In this document: one piece after another, positions 1-13,191 of the stretch
Numbering within the stretch: position 1 is the first letter of the stretch
Layout: every line of letters begins with the position of its first letter
NCBI GenBank assembly: GCA_028534125.1
Contig: CM052816.1
Span: forward strand, 39,372,001 to 39,436,000
Source: Lama glama
Lineage: Eukaryota
DNA: 64,000 nucleotides
Direction: 5' to 3'
The notes under the pieces: generated by a model
Seen by the model: the letters and a program-made list of their open reading frames with translations, nothing else
The model's database searches: none
Told to the model about the DNA's origin: nothing
Made by a program: the position numbers and the translations under genes

Positions 1-1629
1 TAGTAGTAGTAGACATTCTATAATTTCTCCAGCATTATATACTATTTATCTGTAACATGAAATATTATCAAATTAAGAGTTTTGTTTTCTGACATCTTAC
101 AGGTAGAGAGAAGTTAGCTTTTTTCCCTATCACTCTGCACACATTGCTTCATATTTGTGAAGAATAATGTAAAGAAGGGTTTGTATTTGTAGATGTAGTG
201 TAAACTGCCAAACAGTGTGAACTGTGAGAACTCCCATCACCTTTTATATCCCCACATAATACACAGTGCGTACTACAAATAGAGTGTTGAGGGGCTCAAG
301 GCTCATTTTAAATGCTCAGTGCCTTCTGATTGAGTGGAAATTAGTCATTAATAGTTCGGTTGTCTTCTGACAACTGTTTTACAAAGCTAAGAATAAACAG
401 AAATCCCAGTGGAAACGACTGTTTCAAAGGTTTGCAGAACATCTGTTTTTGGGCCATCGCTGATTATTAAAACCTTTTGTGTCTAGTTCTCCTGCTGTAT
501 ATGCCATCTTACTGCGGAAAGTAGGCACCAGTGTGGCACAGCTGGAAACCCAGCACAACAGGATCCCAGGGCTCCAGACATTCTAAAATCTCCTGTGATT
601 TTCTCACATGCTCATTTAGAAATGCTGCTTGAGAAACATGATTCATGATGAGGATGATGATGTCTGAGAATTATAAAACTTTGCTCCACAGCGTTTAAGC
701 TGCAGTGATTGCATCTGATTGTGTAGGTAAGTCTGCTCATCAATTGGAGTTGGAAATGTATTAACTGTTCTATGACATGAGTCATTTTTATAAATTTTTT
801 TCCCAGGACAATGCAGGCTATACTAAGATCTCAGATTGTATCATCTGTCTTAAAGTTTCTTAATGTATAGATCATCTTGGAGGTCCCTTTCAATTAAGGT
901 ATTTTATGAGTTTTAATAAGAAATATTTTTTTCACTTTCTCTTATTTGAAAATCATGAATATTGAGCTTTTGTCTCATCAATACTTGTTTCCCTCTCTAG
1001 AATGAGATAGTATAGGCAGGCTCATTATTTATTTTAGGTTTCTCATATATTCATTTTAGGTCTTTCATATATTCAGGACCCATTATAAGTGTCTGAAATG
1101 GTATAAATGTCCAGGGAGTTAAAAAGTACTTGGGGCATTCCTGGAATCATTTAGCAGTCAGTGCATGGAATGAATATGTACAATGCAATGCTTATTGCTA
1201 TGTCTATTTAATTTTGGAAATAATTGTGTTAAAATAATGAGATTTGTCATTTTAAGTTCTTGAAAGTCATGATTTTTTTTTTCAGGAGGTGTGAGATGCA
1301 AACTATTAAAATTTATACCTCAGGAAAAAATCAGACCCAATTTTTTAACAACTAAGATTAAAAGAGATGCTAGGTCTGATCAGCCTGAGGCTATAAAAAA
1401 ATAGACACACCTCTGTCAACTAAAGCTAAGACATATACTAATTAAATGAACAACAAAGCCCATGGAGGAATGACCAAGAATTTTAAAGAAATCAGATACA
1501 GAAAGGAACAAAAGACATAAAGAAATGACTCCTGACCATTCAAACTTTGTGAGGGAAATAACACAAATGCCTGAGAACATCGAGCATCATACAGCGTGAC
1601 TGCCGCTGACAACAGCTTTGTCTGATACT

Positions 1630-1830
1630 CTTCAGCACATAGTTGGTGTTGGGCACAAGGTTTTAAATATTTTATGAAATAATTTAGCTTTCATAAAACA
1701 GTGAGGAAGATACTATTTTTATTCCCATTATACAAAGATGAGGAAACTGAAGCACAAGAGGTTATGTAACTCGCACTTCGTCTCACACTTAGACCATGGC
1801 AGGAGCGTCAAGGATCTACACATGCAAGGC
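1630..1830 (-). mobile_element. MIR SINE, decayed
   Basis: Reverse-strand MIR core 'attcccattatacaaagatgaggaaactgaagcacaagaggttatgtaactcgc'. Confidence 0.8.
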
Positions 1831-2208
1831 GTTTATGAGAGCAGGAGACCGCTGGGAAGCCTCTTCGTTGCTTACCCTGCTGCTCCACCGAATTTACACG
1901 TATCATTCCTCTCATCTCAGCTTAATAGTTATATTGGTCAGTCATTGCTTTTATTATAAAATCTGTTTTTAAAAAAGATTTACCTTTGGCAGGGTGGATT
2001 TTTAAACAAAGGATAGATTGTTCAGATTTCATATGAGGTCAGGGAAATGAGAAGCACCTTTTCTGTTTCTGAACTATAATTAAGACCATGATACATCAGC
2101 TTTCAAGGAAATAATGAGTTATGTTGGGTCTACTAAGTGAGATTCCGTTAGAGCCTAATTCTCTTGGAATGAGATTCTTTTGAATTACTGTGAGAATCCA
2201 TCATTCCT

Positions 2209-2228
2209 TTCCCTTCCCTTCCCTTCCC
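2209..2228. repeat. (TTCCC)n microsatellite
   Basis: Four TTCCC units seen directly. Confidence 0.9.
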
Positions 2229-2725
2229 TCTTTCTCTCTACACACAAACACATAGTGTGTGTAAATACAAGGTTTATTTCATCTGAATCTGATCTCTCCC
2301 AGCCCTGCTCTAATCCTTGAAGATGGGAGTGAAGACATAGTGCTAATGCTTGGCCAAACCTGAATGTAATATTCTAACTAGTGATTGAGGTATATCCAGG
2401 TTAGGGTACAGAATATATCAGGGAATAATCTATACATCAGGGAGCAGTTTGTTGGCTTTTTTTTTTTATAGTAAATGTGGAGATTAATGGATTACATTTG
2501 ATTTCTGTCTGGAGTCTTAGTTTATTGGAACTGGTCATGTAAACTAGTTTTGTCTACCCGATTAGAGAAGTATATCTTGGTGGTTCAGGCTATAAAGAGA
2601 AACACTTCCTGAGACATGGAGGAAGAACTTTGAAAGCTAGCTCTGCCTAGAAATATCAGACTTCTCTAATGTTTTCCTGTGATTTCTTTCTCTTTCATTG
2701 TATCTTTAAACTTTAACATGTAACT

Positions 2726-3487
2726 TTTGGCAAGAATGTGGAGAAAAGGCAACTCTTGTGTACTGAATGTAAGTTGGAACAGCCACTATGGAGGGTTCTC
2801 AAAAAACTAAGAATAGAACTACCGTATGATCCAAGAATCCTGCTTGTGGGTATATATCCAATGAAGTCACTATCTTGAATAGATACCTGCACTCCATGTT
2901 CACTGAAGCATTTTTTATAATAGCCAAGATAGGATGCACCCTCAGTGCCCAACAGCAGATGAATGGATAAGGAAAATGTGGTATATATGCATGATGGAAT
3001 ATTATTCAGCTATAAAGTTAGAAGATTCTGCCATTTGTGACAATATAAATGGACCTTGAGGGCATTATGTGAAGTGAAATAAGTCATAAAGAGAAAGATA
3101 CCATATGTTCTCATAGTAGAATCTAGAAAATGCTGAACTCAGAAAGAGAGTAGATTGCTGGTTTCCAGAGGTAGGGGAGTAAGGAAAATTGGGAGATGCT
3201 GGTCAAAGTGTACAAAATTCCAGTTACAAGATGTGTAAGCTCTGGAGATGTAATGTACAGCATGGTGACTGTAGTTAACAACGCAGCATTGTATATTTGA
3301 AAGATGCTAAGAGTAGATCTTAAGTGTTCTCATCACACACAAAAAAATTGTAATGGGAGATGGATGTGTAAACTTAGACTGTTGTAATCACTTCACCATG
3401 TATACGTCCATCACATAGTCACTTTGTGTATTTTAAACTTACACAGTGTTATACGTCACTTAGAGCTCAACAAACCTAGGGGAAAAA
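2726..3487 (+). mobile_element. 5'-truncated L1 (ORF2 3' end + 3'UTR, L1MA/MB-like)
   Basis: 'gaatgtggagaaaagg', 'aatagaactaccgtatgatcca', 'gatgaatggataaggaaaatgtggtatat', 'gctaagagtagatcttaagtgttctca' in L1 order. Confidence 0.9.
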
Positions 3488-3941
3488 GTTTCATGGAGTT
3501 TCTTGAGTCTTTTAAATAATCCAAGTTGACATAAACAACATGATTAGCAAGCTATGTAGAGATGTATACATATTCACAAATAAATGTGCATATGCTTAAT
3601 TATTTATTTTATTATAATTGGTGATTGCTTGTTAGAAGCCAGACACTGAATTAGATACTGACTGAACAATGATCCAGCACAAAGCCAGACAAAATGTGAT
3701 TCTGTCCTGTGCTACTGATAGTATTTTGGTAAATTTTGAAGTAAATCTGTATTTTTACAACATTAGGTAATTAGTTTTACAATGATTTGATGCAAAAGAA
3801 GCATCCACATACATAGAAATAGGGATATGATGAAAACAAAAATTATATGCTCATGTAACAACTGAATAGAATATAAAATTTTTATATTATTTGTCAGAAG
3901 GTTGAGCTGATGTTTTTTATTCTCTGTTCTTTTCACAACAG

Positions 3942-3967
3942 TTTGCAGTTCTAAGTCCAACCACCTG
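3942..3967 (+). other. Candidate 26-nt micro-exon of an unidentified host gene
   Basis: Branch-like 'gctgat', long pyrimidine tract, 'acaacag' acceptor and CTG|gtatgc donor, in apparently non-repetitive DNA. Confidence 0.4.
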
Positions 3968-5859
3968 GTATGCTTGATCTTACATGTACATTAAGTTTGA
4001 ACAATTTCCTTCTGTATTAATGATTCTCGAGGTCATTTCTTTCAGCTTGATCTCTTTTTAAAGCTTCAAATGGATTTTCTTTAGACAGTGTTGTGAACTG
4101 ATCGAAACTTACTTGGCCACAAACAACTGTTTGCCCTGAACAAGGGCCCCCGCAACCCTTCTGTCTTGTTATAGTGAAAATTAGTTTTAGACTGACCTCT
4201 GCCACACATACAAAAATTATTAGTACTTAAGTACAAAGCAGTTTATCTGATCAGTTGTTAATACTCTTAGTTTTAGTTTTCTGACATTTTAGAGGATCTG
4301 ACCACTCCTTGTGGTGAAAAGGTCCCTCTAGGCTGATGTGGCCACATTTTAGAGCAGTACTTTCAACCTATTTGTGGTGAAGGACCATTCTTTTTTTTCT
4401 TATTAGTAACTCATCTAGAATAATGTTTTTGTGAAATGTATCAGTGTGTCCACAGTATGATACATAATAGTGGTTTTAACAATGAGATCATTTTATTTAA
4501 ACATCCACTGTGCTGATTCAAGGATTTACTTTCACCAATGAAAACACATATCTAACATTTATTATTCAAATTACCAAACCAACCCATAAAGGAAGAGAGT
4601 TGTGCTGAAGCATATGTAGCAGCCTCTAGAGTATCCCTTTCTGTTGAAAAATATCTGAACATCCTAAGAGAGTGAATTCTCATTGATAAATGACTTCCCT
4701 AGATTGGTAGCTAAAACATCACACCATCTAAAATGAACTGTTCTAAAGTAAGTTACAGTCACCATCATCTGTGGTTAGTTATCTCAAACACAGTGAGTCT
4801 CAAACTCAACTGACCCATCATACCCCATACACTTTGTCCTCCTCCTGTATTCCTTGTATGGGACTCTGAGCTTGGAGGTAGTGGTAACTCTCATATTGCC
4901 CTGCTGCCTGCCCCTGATGTGTTTTTCATTTTGAAAAGACAGAATGAGGTGAAAATTAAGGTAGCTCACCTTAGCTTTTGAGAACATATTTGGTCTTCAT
5001 ACTCAAACCTCTAAAAATACTCCTTGGTTGAATCTTTGGTAATTGGGTGAAGGGTTCTAGCTCAAAAAGAAAAACAAAAATCCCATATGTGTTCTGAGTT
5101 TCTTGTTTTTGTTTTGTTTTTGTTTTCCTAATGTGGGCCAAGTCATTTGGTTCTTGATAAAATTTTGATTCCTGTCACCAGGTCAGATGACAGTAGATCT
5201 TTAGAAGCTCAGGACTCAATTCCCATATCTGTCTGGACTGCTGATTGGAAATACTAGTGAATGTGGATGGATGTTGAAGGCAGAATTCATCGAAGTGTCA
5301 CAGATCCCACATCTCTGCCTATGAAATCTGATAACTGCAACTTCCTGATAACACTATTCTTCCCCTGTTTAACTTTTCTTAACTCAGTACATTTACTAAT
5401 TTACCAATTGAATGAATTAAACACCAACCTTAGGTCAGTTTCTGCATGTCTTTCTAGTGTGCTTTCAGACTAGTTCCTGGCTTTTAAAGTCAGGGGATGT
5501 GCTTGTCAAAAAGTGTATTAAAGATTTGGCAAAAGCTGTATTACTTGTGATGATGTCCAATTAATGGATTATTTCTATTTGCTGGAGAATATTTTGCAAA
5601 ACAAAGGATCAAGAATTGGAAAGTCTTTTATGGTCATAGCAGTCTTTACAGTACTCGGCTTATTGCTATCTCCAGATTTTAAAAATAATAGTAATTATTA
5701 CCAGCAGGCTAAAAATGTACCCCACAATCATGGAAATTCTTAAATTGGAAGAGTAATATTTGTTTTTAGTGTAGTATCTACAGTGACTGTCCTATGCCTG
5801 TGTCAGTATTGTATAGTTGTGTGCGAAGGTTGTGATTTATTTTGAACATTGGGTGAGTG

Positions 5860-6160
5860 GTGGGGGGATTATATTTTCTAAAGTTTGCCACAACAGTTTT
5901 CTGTTTTTCTTTACTCATGTAACTGGGTGGGATTGTGTGTGTGTGTTTGATTGATTATTTTAAACAATGAAGTACAGCAGAGGTGCCACTGTGTGACTTT
6001 GGGGGCTGATTCATAAACTTTGGTGCTACTTCTGCTTGTGCTCTAGAATTCTCACCCTTAAAGGCTTCAATTATTAGATACAAAGTATTATTTCCTATAG
6101 ATTACCATGCTATGAAAAAGCTAGAATTAGGTGATGCAGAGAGACCACATAGAAAAATCT
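5860..6160 (+). mobile_element. MaLR LTR fragment (old MLT1-type)
   Basis: 'cagcagaggtgccactgtgtgacttt', 'cttctgcttgtgctctagaa', 'ccatgctatgaaaaagc...gagagaccaca' resemble MLT1G/H. Confidence 0.55.
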
Positions 6161-6839
6161 TGATCAAGGAATTAAAGCAGTTAGCCTGTGATAGATTTCT
6201 TTTCTGATTAAGGGTTTGAGGGAGATACTTTGAATACAGAAAGATGACCCAGTCTAATTTCACCATAAGTAACTGACATTTTGGTAAGTGGACAAACAGT
6301 ACTTTCTTAGGAAGGAGACCTGATCTATGGAATGTACCTTGAGGGTCTCCAGGTATAGGATTGCTTGTGGTGAATAAACCTCTACTCCATGGATTTTTGA
6401 GGCATGACTCCTTGGAGAATGTAATAGAAGCTCTACAACTCTCTGATGCGTAAAATGAGGATGTTTTATGACATAAACATATTTTGCTGTGTGACATAAT
6501 CTGCATACTTTACCCAGAGACATCCGCGCCACTTGGTTCCTTATATCCTTGAAATTATTAGTGAAACTCTGTACTGGGCAGGATTTCTGATTTGTTAGTC
6601 TCATTTGACAATCTAATGCTTTATATTAATTTATTTGGGTGTGTTGTATAATCACATTGTAATAAAAATCAGTATTATGTGGGATTTCTGTTCCTTTACC
6701 TTACAACTATTTGTATAATCCTAAGCCAGAAAAATATTTTAAGTAAAAATAGATTTAAAGATTCTACTTAATATTTTGTAGAGAAAGTAATTTTTCTCTT
6801 TATCAACAAACTCTTTGTGACATTCTCTTTCCTACTCCA

Positions 6840-8260
6840 AGATCTATTAATATAAAATTTTTGTCAAGTTCCAAACTGATGTTTTTATAGGTGAACTATC
6901 ATATTTTTAATATTGGGTTTTTCTATCCTGGTACATGAATTTTTTCCCTCCATTTCTCCAAGTTTCCTCTTTTGTTTTTTTTGTAGATATTTTCATATAT
7001 TTCGTTGATGCCTATTGAAGTTTGAAAAGCATAATGCTATTTTAGCTTTTTTAATTTATGTAATTTATTATTTTCACTAAAAATGTTTTGTATTTTTCAA
7101 CAATTAAAATCAGTAATACATGTTTCATTGTAACAAAAATTCACATATGCTTACATAAGGAAAAAATAAGTTTGCAGTCTTCTCTTGCCTTCTCCATTGT
7201 CCATGTATTGTTTTATCATCCCAGTATGCATCCTTCCACAGCTATTTGATTTGTGCTGATAAAAATATAGACACACAGGCAAATACACACACACACGCAC
7301 GCATGCACGGGGGGGTGTTTATTTCCTTAAAATGATATTTGGTTACATGTAACTCGTTCTATTTTCTGGTTAGTAATTGTTACCTGGAATAGGTTTTGCT
7401 TTTACAAAATGTACTTCTGTCATTTTCAGGTAAATTATCATATGAATTTAATGCTACATTCATATTTCAACTCTTCCTGTCTATTGTTCTGTTTGTTTTC
7501 ATTACTTTAGTGAGGCTTACAGAACAAACTTGAATGAGACTGTGGAGAAACATTCTTGATTTTTCATATTTCTTGACTTGGTAATGTCAACACTTTCTCC
7601 CTTATTGTTACTATACTAATAGATACATGTCTTTTCCAAAATTACCAAAAATTTTCTGTGGTATAATTGGATAATTGGGATCATTATCAAATATATATTG
7701 CAGGATTGTAGCATTTGAAAAATACATAGCAGGATAATTGTGTTGTTAAATTTACCAATATTTGACGTTCTTTTCATTTTAAAATAAACACCACTAGTTT
7801 AATGACATTTAAAAATGAAATTTGTTTACACTTTTTCTCTTGTTTAGGGTTTAAGTTGAATGTTCAGTGCATTAATTCCTGTTTCTTTGTATTAAAAGAA
7901 TTGAAGCCATTAGTTTCATTTTCAGTGTGGCTTTGTGAAACAGCATGCATTAGGACAACATATGTTAAAGATATCCATGTATTAAGTACCATATATTGAT
8001 TGTATATGTACATATATCCAAATATATATTGATTAATTTCTATATAGTCTCTAATCAGTTTTGCTGGAATTAATTTGTATGTTAGCACTTTTTAAAACAT
8101 TTTCAATGTTTTTGGGTTATTTGATAATTAAATCCTGGTCCGTGTATGCACTCTTCTATTTCTGCTTTTAGGTATTTATTGAGATTCACTTTATATATCA
8201 ATATAGAATCTGTTTTAGTAAATGCTTTTTGAGCATTAGAAAAAAGATATGTTTATAAGT
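6840..8260 (-). mobile_element. Very old L1 (L1ME-like) fragments, discontinuous
   Basis: T-rich stretches resembling antisense L1 ORF2, e.g. 'atttttaatattgggtttttctatcctggtacatg'; contains a (CA)n at about 7285-7308. Confidence 0.35.
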
Positions 8261-8330
8261 AAAAAATTAAACACAATTATATCTACATACATATACACAC
8301 AAATGCATAAACTCAGTTTTAATGATAGCA

Positions 8331-8542
8331 GCAGTCCTGACTGGTCCATGACCTTCTGGGAGACCTAACACTCTTTCAGGGGGTCCACAAAGTCAAAACT
8401 GTTATCATATTGATACTATATTATTTGTTTTTATGTTGCTATTTAGACTGATTTTATGAAAACAGTAGAAGGTAAAATGCCTGGCTTCTTGACATGAATG
8501 AAGGCGCTGGCACTCAGTTACACTTATACTCATGTAATCTTT
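8331..8542 (+). mobile_element. Charlie1-type hAT DNA transposon, left part (interrupted by L1)
   Basis: 'ctctttcagggggtccacaaagtcaaaactgttatcata' and 'ggtaaaatgcctggcttcttgacatgaatgaaggcgctggcac' match the recalled Charlie1a/b 5' region. Confidence 0.75.
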
Positions 8543-8554
8543 TTTTTTTTTTTA

Positions 8555-8838
8555 ATATAGCGTCCTTCTTTGTCTTTCTTTATGGCTTTGTGTCTGTTTT
8601 GTCTGATATGAGTATTGCTACTCCTGCTTCCTTGTCATTTCCATTTGCATGAAATACCTTTTTTCCATCCTCTCACTTTCAATCTATGTGTGCCCTTCAC
8701 TCTAAACTGGGTCTCTTGTAGGCAGCATATTGTAGGCTTTTGTTTTATTATCCAGTCTGCCACTTTGTGTCTTTTGATTGGAGCATTTAGTCCATTGACA
8801 TTTTTAGTAATTATTGATAGATGTGTGTTTATTGCCAT
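8555..8838 (-). pseudogene. L1 ORF2 N-terminal endonuclease remnant
   Basis: MAINTHLSIITKNVNGLNAPIKRH...ICCLQET, typical L1 APE endonuclease motifs; frameshifted and truncated. Confidence 0.92.
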
Positions 8839-9239
8839 TTTGAACTTTGTTTTCCAGTTGATTTGGTATTTCTTCTTTGTTCCTTTCTTTTCCTTTTTAT
8901 TTTTCTTTTTGTGGTTTGATATTTTTGTTTTATATTAGCTTGGTTTCTTTTTTGTTTTATGACTGTTACATGCTTTCGATTTGTGGTTACCCTGTTTTTT
9001 AAGTCTGTTGACTCATTACTGTATCTCTTTGCTTTAGACTAGTAGTCATGTAGGCTCGAACATATCCTAAAAAGAAGAAAAGAAAGAGAGAAAAAAAGAG
9101 AAAAGTTTATATTTTCTTGCTCCCCTCTCCCACTTTTAATGATTTTGATGTCCTTTTTTTTTTTTTTTAACATCTTCATGTTTAGTCTCTTCTCATTGTA
9201 GTTACCACATTTCCAATTATGGTTTTCTTGTTTCTATAT

Positions 9240-10087
9240 CTTCCTGCTTTTCTATGTAAAGTAGACCTTTCAATATTTCTTTTAGAATAGATTTAGTATT
9301 GCTGAATTCTTTTCGTTTTTGCTTGTCTGGGAAATTAGTTCTCCTTCTACTCTAAAGGGTAGTCTTGCTGGATAGAGTATCCTAGGTTGCAGTTTTTTTC
9401 TCATTCAGATTTTAAATATATCTTGCCACTCCCTTCTGGCCAGTATTGTTTTGTGTAGAGAAATCAGCTGATAGCCTTATGGGGGTTCCCTTGTGCCTAA
9501 CTCTTTGTTTTTCTTTTGCTCCCTTTAGAATCTTTTCTTTCTCTTTAACTTTGGCCATCTTAATTACCATATGTCTTGGTGTAGGTCTGTTTGGGTTCTT
9601 CTTGTTTGAGACCCTCTGTGTCTCCTGTACTTGGATATCTGTTTCCTTCTTTAGGTTTGGGAAATTTTCAGACATGATTTCTTCGAATACCTTTTCAACC
9701 CCCTTTTCCCTTTCTTCTTCTGGGGCCCATATTATGCGTAGGTCGGCACGCTTTATATTATCCCATAGGTCCCTTACATTGCTTTCATTGGTTTTTACTT
9801 GCTTTTCTGTCTGCTGTTCTGACTGGGTGACTTCTTTTATCCTGTCTTCTAAGTCACTTATTTGTTGCTCTGCATTACCTGGTCAGCTTTTGACTGCCTT
9901 TAGCTTGGATCTTACTCAGTCATTGAGTTTTGTTTTTAATTGGTTCCTCTTCATAGTTTCTATTTCCTTTTATCACCCCAGTTTTGAAGTCGTGATCTAG
10001 TTGACTGTTGAGGTCTATCTTATTGTTTGTTCTTTCAGGGGACTTCTGTTATTCTTTTAATTGGGAGTGGTTCCTTTGCTTCTTCAT
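9240..10087 (-). pseudogene. L1 ORF1 remnant
   Basis: Begins MKKQRNHSQLKE* at 10087; SENFPNLKKETDIQVQE...RPTPRH...PIRLSADFS; contains stops and frameshifts. Confidence 0.9.
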
Positions 10088-10998
10088 TTTACTTCATTTT
10101 ACTTATATTTCTCTGGCTCTGTGGATTTTGGAGTATCAGTTATCTACTGTGGTCTTGAAGGGCTGTTTGTTTTTGTTTGAAGTGGGAGTGTTCCTTTGTA
10201 GACTGTGCGTCTAATAGTTTTTGTTGCAATGGCTGTTCTTGCATGGATGGTTGCCATGTCTTTCTTCCGTGTGTGTTGTCTGTTATCCCTTTGATTGGGG
10301 GTGTGGTTGGTGGTGTGGTAATCAGAGCCTGCCCTGATTGTTGTTGTTGAGCTGGGCCTCCTTTTTTGTTCTGTGGTTGTCACAGCCTTGACAGGGGCCC
10401 ACTCTGCTCTCCTGTTGCTGGAATAGAGACTTCTAGACCCATTTCTGAGCTGTGGTGTGTGGTAGGTAGGGTCACAGCACTTCATCTGGGAAGAAGAGAT
10501 GTCCATGGGAGGTGCTCTCTGTGGTGTTGTCTGTCACTTGGTTTGTGGGCTTACAAAGTATTCTGTTGACACTGCCTTTGTTCCTGTGTTAGCTGTGGGA
10601 ATGTCAGCTCCCCACTCTGGTGTCTGCCATGTTCTGGGCCCCCAGAACCACTAACACAGATTTGCCAATGTCAGGCGCTAGGAGTGAGCATGCAGTAACA
10701 CAGCTGAATCCATGGTGCTCTGTAGGGTCAGTGAGGAGCCCAGCCCCACCTCTGTGTACTGTTCGTTATGCAGGCCTGTTGTAAATACCCTTACTCACCC
10801 CTGCCATGTGCCAGAACTTCTCTCACTGCCTGTTAGTCCTAGAGGTGCAGGTTCACAAAGATGCCAGTGGAGCAAATCTGTGCTCTTTGCCTGATGCTAT
10901 GAACAAATCTCAATCCTGCCTGTCAGGCTGTAGGGCCCTTGGCTTTTGGCCTCACCTCCATGTGGCAGTGATGGCTATGATATATTCCTGCAATCTTT

Positions 10999-11520
10999 AC
11001 CACCACACCTTCACAGTTTAAAAAAAAAGTTTTACTTAAGAATGTCTTCTTGAAGCGGTGAACATTACTCATTCCATTAAATCTTTTCCTTTGGTCATAC
11101 TTTTAATATTTTAATAAATACAAGTATTTCAATAAATATACATATTTTAAATAAAGTACTTCTGCAAACCAAACTGTGATGACATCTCTAAGAAAAACAC
11201 TTGGGAAATTAGTATATTCATAATACAAACTAGCCACACTTACTTCATAGTACTTTATGTTTATCTGAAAGAATGGCTGACAGGTAACTGGTCATTCACA
11301 CATTGGTACTTGATTTCCTTGAAAATAAAGTGAGCCTGTCACTGAAAAGAAAAGTAGCTGGCCGTATTGTAGTCAAAGGCAAAAATTTTACCTTTCAAGA
11401 GTAACTTAGAATTTTGAAAAACTAGAATCTGCCACCCTGAGCTTGTCAGCTTTCCAATACTTAATGACTTTCTGATGAGATTTGGTGCTGGTATTAACAA
11501 ATGTGATTTTTGATGGTATC
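10999..11520 (+). mobile_element. Charlie1-type hAT transposon, continuation after the L1
   Basis: 'ttacttaagaatgtcttcttgaagc', 'aagtgagcctgtcact', 'gagcttgtcagctttccaatactta...gactttctgatgaga', collinear with the left part. Confidence 0.8.
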
Positions 11521-13191
11521 AAATTCTTAATAATTCACTCTTACCACAGATGTTAATTATGTGATCCTTTATATTAATTATTGAAAGGAAATGGCATCCT
11601 TTTTGATTTATAAAACAGTAATAGGCAAATATGTATGAACATGTATTATAAAATACTTAAAATATGGTTAAAAACTGTTGGTGAATATAAAAGTGTTATT
11701 GCCACCATATGTTCGTTAAATAACATATTTGCACGTGTAAAGTAGATGTTTAAGTAAATCCATGATATAAAAGCTCATTTTCTAAACAAAATGCACAACT
11801 TAATTAGGTGTTTTTGTCTTCTTTGGGGAAAGCACTAGATAGGTTATAGATGAGAAGTAAGAGTCAATCTGTCAAGGATGACATTATAATTATAGAAAAC
11901 GTCTTACTAGGGAACCACAGTTGATTCCTACACTTAGTCTCTATTTTCTGTTTAGTCTGATTTATCAGCTTGGCATCTCCTAATAACCTTCATGACTTTC
12001 TAGTCTTATCTCTTGAAACAAGAAATTTTATGTTTTAATTTTCCTAATAAAACACTTAGTAGGTTTATTCTAAAGCAGGCAATGAAGAAGGCAACAAACA
12101 TAAGGTAGTAGCATGCATTAAATCGATCTTTCCAAAAGATGTCAAACTTTTTAGCCAGATTTCCCCAAAATAGGATGATTGTATAATCAAATCTGTTCAT
12201 ACTCGTACCCTGCTCTTAATAATTTCAGGTGAAATGTATAACTAGGGATACCAGCATGTCTTTTTAATTTCACACCTACTCTTTGCTAGATGCCTAGGTG
12301 TTTTAAAAATAGATGCTTCAGACATGGTAATTATATTCACTAGGCATGTGTAAACATGTAATTGAGCCTAATGTTCTCAAGTGTCAAACTCAGGTGTCAG
12401 TGTAGCTGATCCATGTATGCCAAGAATATGTAGCTTCATTCCTGGGGGAAATACTTTCAAATAACTTTCAAAGTAAATTTCTTCATGATGCCCAAATAGG
12501 CAGGGTAATATATAAAACAAACTGAATGGTTACCTGTACCTCAGTAGTAGACAAAGCAAAATCAATATATTTATTTATTGCATAGCACGTGGAAATCTTT
12601 GTGTAGGGCTGTGCAGGGGCAACTGTGAAAATACATATGTGTCATAGTTCATGCTCCCTAAACATATAGCCTGGTTGAGAAGGAAGATGCTATCCCTGAA
12701 ATCTATGCAAAACCATGATTGGATGCCAGTGCAAGTATCACGGGAAAGAACCCAGGGAGCATGTGGTGAAAATGCTATAGAAGGTTTAGGTCATATAAGC
12801 AGTATGATGTTTTAATAGTTTTGTTTAACAGACTTTACTGAATGCTGCTGTGACTATTAAAGACTTCAGGCGAATGTTAGAGACTAAAGGCAAATATTGG
12901 AGACTTTTTTGATTGCTGTTACATTTTATTAAGGCCATCACTTATAATTTGTCCTGCTCAGAAATCTCAAAAGTAGTTCTGGGTAGTAAAGTATTTTTTC
13001 ATTTTAAACAACACCAGTAGTTATCGTTGCATGTGCCAAATTGATTGACATATTATAGGATCCTAAAATCTACTTTTATTGGATAACCATGTTATAATTG
13101 CTTACTCCATGAAGATGACCATGCTGTTTATTTTATACAACTATATATAGATTATGAGACAGCCCTTTAAAATGTTTATTTATATGATGGT

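Larger units (their letters stand above)
8543..10980 (-). mobile_element. L1 copy with 5'UTR, ORF1, spacer and only the start of ORF2, ending in poly(A); TSD-flanked
   Basis: ORF1 and ORF2-EN peptides on the minus strand; T-run at 8540-8553; flanks tatactcatgtaatcttt (8525-8542) and tatattcctgcaatcttt (10981-10998) match at 15/18. Confidence 0.9.

Noticed and set aside
636..726. C/D-box snoRNA-like layout (ATGATGA 645-651, CTGA 664-667 and 715-718)
   Set aside because: The terminal stem is weak and out of register, the C'-to-D spacing is too short, the C box lies in a (GAT)n low-complexity run, and I recognise no guide.
620..726. Possible 107-nt exon ending TAG|gtaagt
   Set aside because: The donor is good but the acceptor is weak and no peptide is recognisable; such pseudo-exons are expected by chance.
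6102..6604. Overlapping 134-aa and 114-aa minus-strand ORFs
   Set aside because: No recognisable domain, non-ATG starts, and partial overlap with an LTR relic.
9446..10000. 184-aa plus-strand ORF (longest in the window)
   Set aside because: Antisense shadow of L1 ORF1.
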